Assembly: GCA_963693365.1 (NCBI GenBank)
Contig: CAVNZM010000002.1
Span: 10,348,328-10,412,327 of the forward strand
Length of the DNA stretch: 64,000 nucleotides
Origin: Amoebidium appalachense
Lineage: Eukaryota > Protista > Ichthyosporea
Reading direction: 5' to 3'
The translations under genes were made by a program, and so were the position numbers. Position 1 is the stretch's first letter. Each line of letters starts with the position of its first letter. The notes under the pieces are model-generated. The model had not been told where the DNA came from, searched no databases, and saw nothing but the letters and a program-made list of their open reading frames with translations. Positions 53,949 through 64,000 of the stretch are shown one piece after another.

Positions 53949-54759
53949 GGGTGGTTTGTTCCTTTCGGGCCATCTTTTAGATTCCCGCGTGTTTTTTTGC
54001 AGGTCCGAGCTGACGGGAACGACATATTGATAGTATGCAGTTGCAGTTTGATGCAGTTTGATGTGGTCTGGTGCAGTTTGATCGGTTAATGATAGCTACA
54101 TAGTAGGCTGACTCGACACCAGAAGGGAAATGATTATGAGGTGGCATGTACATACATCTTGAGTTTCAAAGATATCAGATGCAGCTGGTAACTTTGAATA
54201 GAGCTCCCTCTAGCTGTTACATTGCAATATGCGGAGTGCAGAGAGTGTCGACACAACGGTGTTACGGGCAGGGGGGTAATGCTTTATGTAGAATTTACTT
54301 TATTCTGATTCAAATCATTCAATAACGTATCGTCGGCAGGCTCCGAGATGTCCGATTGAGCCAAAAAATACCCTCAAACAACTATGACTTTTTTCCCCTC
54401 CCCGTCCCCTCCCCCACCACCACCCAACCCCCACCCACCAAGCCCTCCTTGCCCCGGCAGCCCCCCCCCCCCCCCCCCCCCCCCCCCTCCCCGCCCCCCA
54501 CCCCACCAACCCGGGGGTTTAGCCTATCCATTGAGCGGTAAAAAACACCGCATACACACAGCCACCCATATGTGTGCACATGTTCATGTGCCATGGGTGA
54601 GCGCGCACGCACACACACATACACATACACACACACACACGGTCACACACAGTCATACACATGCACACACACACACACACACACCCACACACACACACAC
54701 ACACACCCCTACAGACAGGCACCCACCCACACACGAACACATACACACATGGGCGCGCG

Positions 54760-54812
<53 letters not shown>

Positions 54813-55379
54813 CCACACCCGCACCGGTACCCAGGCTGCCCCACCCCTCCCGCCACGCATACACGTGCACGTGTGTGCTAGTACCCCCCCCTTCCCCCCT
54901 CCCCCCCATCGCATGGTCACTAATCTTCTGGGCTCATTCCCCTTTGCATGTGTTTCTCCCCTTCTCTATTCAATCCCACTAACCACCACCCAATCCAGCC
55001 TCAAAAAGCCATCCGTTTTACTGCACACACAGTCATGTGCTCTTGCGCCCCCCCCCCCCCCCCACACACACACACCCTGCGCCTGCCCCAACCGACCCCA
55101 TTGGCATCTCCCTCCCCCAGCCCTTAATTTAGTACACTCTTCACACAAAACACCCTCACTCACCTACTCTCCCCCATCCCCCACCCCCCTTCCCCCACTG
55201 AACTTGTGTTTGACGGATCCCTCGGGGGGTTGGTTGGTTGGGGAGGGGGGGAGGGAGGGGAGAGGGGGATATTCGTGCACGTGCCTGGATGTGTCCGCAA
55301 AACTGCACTGAAGAATGGCATACAGAGAGTGCATTTTCACATTTGACACATAGACAGTGTTGTATACTTTTAGGTATAA

Positions 55380-55700
55380 AATGCACGTATATCTGCAAAC
55401 AGTACTTGTATCTGTGCATCTGCAAACAGTACTTGTATCTGTGCATCTGCAAAAAGAATGTATGCACGTGTATCTGCAAGCAGTACTTGTACTTTTTGCA
55501 GATACCGGGGAACTTGTGCCCGTGTATCTGCAAACAACAGTACTTGTGTCTCTGCATTTGCAAAAAGTATGTGCGCACGTGTATCTGCAAGCAGTAATTG
55601 TGCCCACGTATTTGCAAACAGTACTCGTGCCCGTGTATCTGCAAACAGCACTTGTGTCCGTGTGTCTGCAAACAGTACTTGTGTACCCGTATTTGCAGAT
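55380..55700. repeat. Degenerate ~24-bp minisatellite (~13 copies)
   Basis: Recurrent gtatctgcaaacagtacttgt.. core with a ~24-bp period. It produces the HKYCLQIH-type repeats in overlapping ORFs on both strands. Confidence 0.85.
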
Positions 55701-56510
55701 AACGATATGCACACCTATTGCAATGGTGGTTAGAAGTGCGTGTTGGTACCCATGCAAGTGTATCATGTGGTATTCTTTCCTTTGGACCTTTATGTGTGAT
55801 AACGTGCCTTCCATAGCGTGTATTAAAAGTCGTGTGTGTGTGCATGACATTCCAGACCGTCACTGTGTGTGCAGCTAGATGTATGCTCCTGAGTGTTGGA
55901 GGTGGAGGTAACGTGTGGGTGTGGATGTGTACGTGAGTGGTGTTGGTGTGGCTGTTACCGTTCTGCTAAATGCATGTGCACACGGTGCATGTGGTACATG
56001 TTCTGTGCAGGTTAGCAAGGAGCGGGATGTGTGAGGTTTTGTGTGTGCTTCTGTGTGCGTTTGTAAGTGTGAGTGTGCGAATACGGGCAGTTTGTGTGCT
56101 GTTTTGTGTGTGTTAAAGGAACAGGTCACCGGGAAAGGGGGCAGGAGGGGGGGGGGGGGGGGGGGGAGGGGGGGGGGGTAATGTTTAAGGCGTCATGAGG
56201 CGGGTGTAAAATATTAACGCTAGCAGCCGGCTGCCAGCATCCTATATTCCTGATATTTTTCGTTCCAAGTACGTGCCCGGGCCCCTAGTATAAAGTACAA
56301 ACAATAATGTAACACCGAAAGGGGTTCATACGTTCATTTGGGGGCTGCTACAAGCTATTACCCCGTGTAGTGATAGTAAGTAGAACAGACAGTGTAAGCG
56401 TCTCAAATCCGCATCGCGTATCTACACGTGTAAATTTAAGCAAAACGACAACTGTAATTATATCCTCTCAACAGTCACAGTAACCTAACGACTTTAACGA
56501 CCAATAAACT

Positions 56511-57986
56511 CTAATTTGCTGCGACCGCAACGGCAGGGACAGCTTGTGGTGTCTGCATGTTGGGTTTTGTCTCACCGTCAGCCAGGATGGGCAGTTCGAC
56601 CGACTGCAGCAGCTGCACAATCAACTCCACCGCATCCTCCCCCGTCTCCGCCTTAACCGTGATGAACCCAACCCAGTCTGGGATACCCCGGTCGGAACCA
56701 TTGACCCGGTCACCGGCCGCCTTCATTGTCGTGCACATAATGACATTGGGGTGTTCCTTGATGTGGTCGAGGAAGCGAGTGTGCAGCAGAGCACCTGTCT
56801 TCTCCGCACAGAAGTAATAGTCTGCAACACCACAGACGGGCTCGATTTCACGTGGAGGGTTGATGGGGATGCCACAGGCAGACAGCACAAAGTTTTCGAA
56901 CAAATCAACACCATACACTTCCTTGTAGAAAAGCCGGGTCCGTCCGCCGCCCATGCGGGGGTTCACCTCGATGAGCATGGGCTGGCCGGCACGTGTGCCG
57001 TCCGGGAGGGTGCGCTGCAGCGTGTCCTTTGTGTATTTGCACTCGACGTGGAAGCAGCCTTGCGTGAACCCGAGGGCCTTGACGCACGAATACGCATAGT
57101 CGATGAGCTCCTGGCGCTTGTCGGCCGGGTAGAGGGTGGGGCAGTTGGAGCCGGTCTCGAGGAAGGTGGGCTCCATGGTGGCCCAGTTGTCGTTGCACGT
57201 ACCGTACACCAGCTGGCCCTCCCACAGCAGCAGGTCCACGTCAAACTCATCGCCGTCAATGTAGTTCTCTACCAGCATGCCCACCGTGCAGCCCGGGTTC
57301 CACAAGAAGAGGGGATTGGTGCGCAGCTCCTCGACCACCTGGTCGTACTTGTCCACCAGCTCCGTGTAGCTGCCGCACTTGTGCACCCCCGCAGATGCCG
57401 CCCCGCTGGTTGGCTTAAGGATGAGAGGGTAGCCGATGTGCTCACCTATCTCTTTCAGCTCATCGCGTTCGTTGACGAAGGCATAGTTGGGGGCCGGGAC
57501 ACCGGTAGTGCGGCACACGTCACGAGAAATGCGCTTGTCGCGTGCCTGCACGTAGCTCTGCTTGGTGTTGCCGGGCAGTTGCAGCAGTTCGGCCAGCTCG
57601 CCGACCAGCGTCTGGCAGTGCTCGTGGGGGGAGAAGACGCCGTCGACGGTCACGCCCTTTGCCTGCATGGCGCTGACCACATTGGCTGCCGCATCGTCCC
57701 CGTCCATGTCGGCAAACAGCGCATCCTCCTCCTTGGCAAATCCAGCTGCAGCCATGCGGCCCACAAGCTCGCGGTCGGCCTCAGAGAGACCGTAGACAAC
57801 GAACAGGCGGAGGCCCATGTCGGCGCACACCTGCATGGCGGGCTTGAGGCCTTCGAAGAAGCGTGCCGTGTAGAAGCACGTCAGCCAGAGCAAGCGCTTG
57901 CCCTTGGCTGCCTGGTGCCGGGCGAGCTGTGTAGTGGCATCGGCGGCGTTAGCCTGAAGGAGAGACTGAATGTCGAGGGGAGACAT
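56511..57986 (-). CDS. CARNS1: Intronless ATP-grasp ligase, carnosine synthase (CARNS1 C-terminal half) / L-amino-acid ligase-like, 491 aa
   Basis: Single-exon ORF with strong G/C third-position bias. ATP-grasp motifs are present: ARDK, GYPLILKPTSGAASAGV, MLVENYIDGDEFDVDL, NDNWATMEPTFLETG, GCFHVE, LIEVNPRMGG and YGVDL..SACG, closely paralleling the CARNS1 catalytic domain as I recall it. The start is assigned to ATG 57986 (caaccATG), not the non-ATG track start at 58124. Confidence 0.9.
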   Translation of the reverse strand: MSPLDIQSLLQANAADATTQLARHQAAKGKRLLWLTCFYTARFFEGLKPAMQVCADMGLRLFVVYGLSEADRELVGRMAAAGFAKEEDALFADMDGDDAAANVVSAMQAKGVTVDGVFSPHEHCQTLVGELAELLQLPGNTKQSYVQARDKRISRDVCRTTGVPAPNYAFVNERDELKEIGEHIGYPLILKPTSGAASAGVHKCGSYTELVDKYDQVVEELRTNPLFLWNPGCTVGMLVENYIDGDEFDVDLLLWEGQLVYGTCNDNWATMEPTFLETGSNCPTLYPADKRQELIDYAYSCVKALGFTQGCFHVECKYTKDTLQRTLPDGTRAGQPMLIEVNPRMGGGRTRLFYKEVYGVDLFENFVLSACGIPINPPREIEPVCGVADYYFCAEKTGALLHTRFLDHIKEHPNVIMCTTMKAAGDRVNGSDRGIPDWVGFITVKAETGEDAVELIVQLLQSVELPILADGETKPNMQTPQAVPAVAVAAN

Positions 57987-58156
57987 GGTTGCGTTTGAAA
58001 GCGTGAGGGCAGGGCTTGAGAGAGAAGTGTCGTTTTTCAGAAATGGGGTGTTGGTCCCGGAGAGGCACCGCCTAGAATATGACGCGTTGATTAGACAAGC
58101 AGCCTTAGAGCCACCGCGATGCACACTTGAGACTGACGATTGCTCACGCCATTTGA

Positions 58157-58168
58157 GTTTTTATACCC
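58157..58168 (-). promoter_or_regulatory. Putative TATA box of the ATP-grasp gene
   Basis: GGGTATAAAAAC on the minus strand ~180 nt upstream of the ATG, with CCAAT motifs nearby (58210, 58238). The identical 12-mer precedes the paralog. Confidence 0.55.
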
Positions 58169-59294
58169 CCTGCTTTTTTTATGAATTCCTCTCTGCTGCA
58201 GATGTTTGACCAATAGCAAGGGTAATCGCAGTTGGACCAATCATGTAGCGAACTGAGGAAGCGGGTAAAAGAGTTTTCTTAGCCACTCACAAGCTTCTGG
58301 TGTTATGTTCAGACGGTAATCTGCAACCAAGTGACGAGGGATGTATATTCCCTATAAGTTACTCTTACATTTAATCTTTTGAATGCCCAATAAAAATTTT
58401 TTGGCACACTTAAGCACACACACATATGCAAGGACATTGATAATAGGTTGGACTAAAAGGCCGGCGAAAAAGAGCGCATGTGGCTCTTTTTTTACCCTGT
58501 CTCAGATAATCAAGCTTCATTGTAGCGTGATGAAAACGGTCCACCAGCAACCAAGAAAATACATGCAATAACCTTCTTCAAATACTTTAAGGCCGTTTTT
58601 ATTGTTTTATGAGCTGACACATCACGAGGTTCCTGTCTGAGGGCCCCACTTTCACGCTGGTTTGGCGCGCTGCAGAACGGGGCCAATGGCGGCATGACAT
58701 CGTGTCGTCCTGACTTCTACACCTGGGTTCATATAATAGAAACGAGATGCAAAAATAACAGACAAGAAAATGAACCAAAACTCTGATGCCTACTTGCCCT
58801 AAGTACTTTGTACTAGCCAGTTTGGTTAGTCACTGTGACAAATCTGTATTCTATGAGAATCTCGAGATCTTTGATCAGACATCGCGCATTCCTGAATCAC
58901 CACGTGGGGTCATGTGGCGCCGCCCTCTTGCTCTCCATGATACTAATGCAATCATCTGCTTGGTTTATTGGGTAACAACTGCTTTTTGAGCCATCTAGTT
59001 TGATTGGTTAAAGTGTTAGAAATCAGGGTGTGCAACAGATCGAATGCAATGAGTGTAGCTATCATAGCTTAGCTTGTATCGGGAGGGTATAGAGCATAAA
59101 TAAAGGGTAATTCAAAACGTGCTGATTGTAAGGAAACTAGATTGTTGATTAAAATGCAATTTTAGTTAGGTATAGTCCACCTAGAAAGCCTCCTTGGTCC
59201 CAACGTATCCATATATGATCATGGCAATCGTAATAAGCGCTTATGGTGTATGTATTCAATGATCGACGACGCGCGCGCGCGGCCAGTGGCGATG

Positions 59295-59344
<50 letters not shown>

Positions 59345-60053
59345 CTGGGAAAGGGCTGGGGGGGGGGGGGGGGGGGGGGGGGGGTGCTTGCGGGTGGATC
59401 CGGAAATGGCATATGGCCAGTGTGCACTGAACTCGAATTACATAATGTATATATATACATATACAAGTCAACATACACGGCCATATTATTTTATGTCTTC
59501 TGTGCGTAGTCGGCATATACGGCATTGTAATTACATTATGTCAACACTACCAACTCAAGTTCAGTCCGAGGGCCAGATTTAACTTGATCTGTATTTTCAA
59601 GCCCCGACACTCTCCTGCGAATCATGCAACAGGTTTCACCGGCTTCACGTCATTGGTTGCTCTACCACTTGGGCACGTGTCCAAACTATTGGTTCAGTTT
59701 GGTTGCTACAAATTACACACCTACATAGTAGCATTCAACAACGCTGACAACATGGCCACTTCATCCTGGCCGCGGCCCCACATGATACATGACACGCACC
59801 GTAAGCTGGCATACACACAAGGAACACACCGGTACCGTGCCACCACGCACACACACCATCTTTCTATTGTTGCACACACGTACACACGCCACGGTGACAA
59901 ACACGCACATTTTTTTCAAAAAAAATCCTGTTTGTTCCCGGAGGGACCCCCCAGGGGCCCTCATATAGAAATTAATATTAACGTCTTCCGCACAGCACCG
60001 AGTACCCTACAAGTTAGGGTGCTAACACACATACAAACACACACACAAACACG

Positions 60054-60136
<83 letters not shown>

Positions 60137-60268
60137 TGTGTGTGTGTGTGTGTGAGATAGAGAGAAAGACAGACACAATCACACACACACACACACACGT
60201 GGGAGCCCGAATGGCACCACCGCTTGACTGAAGTTCCTGGGCTGCGCACACGCGCACCCACACTTTAG

Positions 60269-60318
<50 letters not shown>

Positions 60319-62520
60319 ACAATCGATCTATGATTGCATTTATCACACGTGTATAGGTAGGTTCAGGCACAAACTAGCTCGGTACAGCAGCTGTGATGCA
60401 GCATGCCTAACATATATCCGCCGAGCATACATGCCCACAAGCACACATATGATATCCACGTACACACGCACTCGTTGCCAGCACGAAACTCTCACTCACA
60501 CGCGGGTGTTGGGGCATATTGCATACGTCACAAATGTGACGATACATGTTTCGAAACACATACTTTGTATCATAAATTAAAGCTTCCCAGGACACATCGT
60601 GCACACACAATTGTAAACATACATACACACAGTGCTAATGTTAAGTTAGTGCTACATCGGCATGCACTGCACGGTGGGATCGATGTTAAGGTACTGTGAC
60701 AATGGACACCCAGGCCGTGGCACGCATGTGCACCAGAGTAGACACAAGCACATGCTCACACAGCCACACATGAAGCCCAACCACATCGGTTACCACAAGT
60801 ACACACATGTATACGTACACACACGCGCGCGCACACACACACGCACACCGTGACACACACAGGTGCGCGGCGCACACGCAAACACACACACTTCACACAC
60901 GTGGCATGCACACACAGCACTTACACGTGACTCGGTATCATGAATTAAAATGTAGGCGCGACCCACACACCCGACGGTCAAGCATATCCACATGCCAGCA
61001 CATGTTACACGGCACACATGTATTCATGTACTATGATATCTGCCCATACACAACTCACATGGCAGCATTCAGACTGAGTGAATTCGAATGACTTAAGTAA
61101 TAACACTATCTGCCCGACGGCTTGGTCCCATGACGAGTGCGGCGCACAAACCGGCAGTCAAACACGCGGGCATCATGAGACACATGTCACGTTCTGAAGA
61201 TGACCTCATGCGCCGTGCGATATTGCACAGTTGCACACGTGTGGTAGGTAAGGTTTGCATGCACCCTCGCACCCTGGCTCCGACATTGGCATATCACACA
61301 CACACACACACCTACACACACGAACAGTTTTCTTAGGAGTGAATTAGGTTGGATTCGAGCTACTGTGAACCTTGCACGTCTTGTGTCTGATTTGAATGAT
61401 CTATCGTATGGAAAGGAAGCAAGAGCATGCCACGGGCCCGTGGGGAAGGAAATTCGACTTTGGGGGGGGGGGGGGGGGGGGGGATATTATCTTGTGTCTC
61501 ATTGTGATTGCTGGGTGCCGGGGTTGTGGATCAAACTTTGATATGCACGGTCAGAGAGAGGCGCTCAGGTGAGGCTCTAGTAGCAGAGGGCCTAGGGGGT
61601 TTGAAGGGAGGGTACATATAGATAGGGTAAAAATTTTGGGATAGGTAGGGCTCTCAAGTGACTGTCGCTGAGGGTTGCTGTGGCACCTTTTCTGAGATCT
61701 CGAGCCTGGGGTTTTCAAACAGCGTTTGAATGCAGTGGTTATGAGGAGGTGGGGAGAGGTCTGGAAGGGAGGGGTAAGATATACTGGCAATCAAAGGTCT
61801 AAACAAGGCTGAAGAGGAGGGACACTAAAGGAAGAAGGGAGGGGTTGGGGCAAAGGGCTAGAATTGCTTCGTGCTGCCAGTTTATATCTGCAGATAAAAG
61901 GGGAAGGCTCTTATGATCCAACAATATAATCAGTTTGCGCGCCGGAGCTGGTGTCTATGTTTTTATTTGCCCCGTTTCACTCCCGGTGAGGCACTGCCTC
62001 AGCTGGTATCCATGGGCGACCGGTGAATCATGGAATAGATTTGTACACAATAAACGGCAAAAAAACAACAACGTTCACATGAAGCTATTGAGCAGATCTA
62101 TTGCTACTGCAGAGGAGAGGTCCTACCTCTCTTAGTTAGGGCCTGCAAACAGCCGAGACACATGCCATTCAGTAACATTACTTAATATTCCTGTGTGCCG
62201 TGTTGCATGCGCATGGACCAGATGTGTATGTGTGCATGCACGTGTGACGACGTTGTATGTACATGTATGTATGTGTGTGTGTGTGTGCACAGACTCCGCG
62301 GCTGTGTGGGAGTGCACATGTGCACGTGTGCTTGTTTACACACGTCTTTTTCTGTGTATGATTACTTACTACAAGGGCGTGTGTGCCTCCTCCGTGTGCA
62401 CATGCATATGTGCGCCGCACGCTGCAATATAATTGATATTGTGCATCATTTATTATTTATTAGGGCTGTACATGTATTCCGTGGTGGTGCACACACATAT
62501 CTTCAGAGAGGCTCTCTCTC

Positions 62521-62561
<41 letters not shown>

Positions 62562-62585
62562 CACACTTCGAGTCACACACACACA

Positions 62586-62832
<247 letters not shown>

Positions 62833-63777
62833 TGAGAGCTTCGAAAGCCCCCCGGCCCCGGGCCGGCAGGGGCTGGACCGGTGCGGCGGTGCCCCCTTCA
62901 GGGCCGGGCACCAATCAGCAGTCTGGAATCCCCTAATGCAGCCAATCAACAAAGCGGTGTTTATGCGTCTGTTTTCTTCCGTCGACGAAGGGATTTAACG
63001 TTTGACGTATCTGGTGGTAAGTACATTATTTATTCATACGGAATGACCACTACATGTCGTTGAATGCATATGGAAAACAAAATTTAGATCTCGAAGCAAG
63101 ACACTTGAACTAAAATCATTTTTATGGAATGTCAGTGAGTGACCACTGGCACTGACGACGGCCTTACTTACTAAGTTACAAGTACCAATCTGTCCAATCA
63201 GAACGTCTGGGAAAAAAGCATTTACGATCGCTGCTAGAAGGCAAGCGATTGGCGACATGTCATGGTGAGCAAAAAGGCGAGGCCACATGTCACCTCGTGC
63301 ACTGGCGCACTGCAGGTGCTGGAATGCAGAGCATGAGTCTACTACGTATCATATGTCTCCTTGCCAACAGTTTGCATACGTTCTATAATATTCTTATTTA
63401 CCAATGAGTTATAAAAAGGATAGAGTTTTTTTGTCAATCTCTCTTTTCTATGCAAGTATATACAGTATAAGATGACACGCAGTTGTACGCGTGATCTACA
63501 AATTGCGCATGCCGCGCCATCATGATTCTGCACAGCGGCCCTCGATGCATACATCTATAAAAACAGGATTATAGTGCAATGAAAAACTTTTCATTAACAG
63601 CCATTCAATACATGCCCATGTCCTCTCTGCTTGAAGCACTAAAAACGGCTGCTCGATATTGACCGACTCACCAGCTTGTCGTGTGCCAGTGCTCGCGGTT
63701 CCACTGTCATCGCCTGTGGCTCTTTTTTTCTGGCCGGTATTCCTATTGGTGGATGAAAATTTATGGATGTCCCGAAA

Positions 63778-63789
63778 GGGTATAAAAAC
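63778..63789 (+). promoter_or_regulatory. Putative TATA box of the right-edge paralog
   Basis: GGGTATAAAAAC ~200 nt upstream of ATG 63982, identical to the motif at 58157-58168 (-). Confidence 0.5.
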
Positions 63790-63981
63790 ACTGCCCAGCA
63801 CCATTCTTCATTCCACGTCAGTCTCACTTCAGAGTGCATCGCGGCAACTGTTGCCAACACAGGGTGCTCGTCTAAATCAAACTCAGAAGCTTTTTTTGTT
63901 CGCGGTCGCAACCTCTGCAGTGTAATCTTACAACACGTCTTTCACGGCCTAAACACACAACATACACGTCTAAACGCAACA

Positions 63982-64000
63982 ATGTCTTCCCTCGACATCC
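63982..64000 (+). CDS. Start of a probable second ATP-grasp/CARNS1-like paralog, truncated by the window edge
   Basis: aaacgcaacaATGTCTTCCCTCGACATCC (MSSLDI) versus aaacgcaaccATGTCTCCCCTCGACATTC (MSPLDI) at the start of the 57986 gene: 26/29 identical. Only 6 codons are visible. Confidence 0.65.

Noticed and set aside
55156-55878. Cys/His-rich repeat proteins (YCLQIHGH)n
   Set aside because: The region is open in several frames on both strands because of a 24-bp minisatellite, and there is no independent coding evidence.
56544-57998. 484-aa + strand ORF
   Set aside because: Antisense shadow of the GC3-rich ATP-grasp gene, with no recognisable motifs.
57987-58124. 46-aa N-terminal extension of the ATP-grasp ORF
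   Set aside because: It begins at a non-ATG codon in a eukaryote. Similarity to the paralog and the start context point to ATG 57986.

Overview
Eukaryotic genomic DNA from an intron-rich organism (lineage cannot be determined from this window). Introns are packed with poly-C/poly-G runs and (CA)n/(GT)n microsatellites, so almost all ORFs in the supplied track are low-complexity artefacts. I built gene models by hand from GT-AG sites and reading-frame continuity. They are: (1) the 5' end of a minus-strand gene cut by the left edge; (2) a 6-exon type II membrane five-bladed beta-propeller glyco-enzyme, GH130/Bmt-like (+, 1112-7293); (3) a 13-exon TRAIP-like RING E3 ligase (-, 9703-19815); (4) a ~36-exon extended-synaptotagmin/tricalbin-like SMP+C2 gene with a long disordered tail (-, ~22055-52230); (5) an intronless CARNS1-like ATP-grasp ligase (-, 56511-57986); (6) the first codons of an apparent head-to-head paralog of gene 5 at the right edge. 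A TTAA-flanked MITE and several minisatellites are also present. The most unusual signals are the ATP-grasp paralog pair and the strand- and position-polarised simple-repeat architecture of the introns. No rRNA, tRNA or CRISPR array was recognised. All coordinates were counted by hand and none are supported by transcript data.
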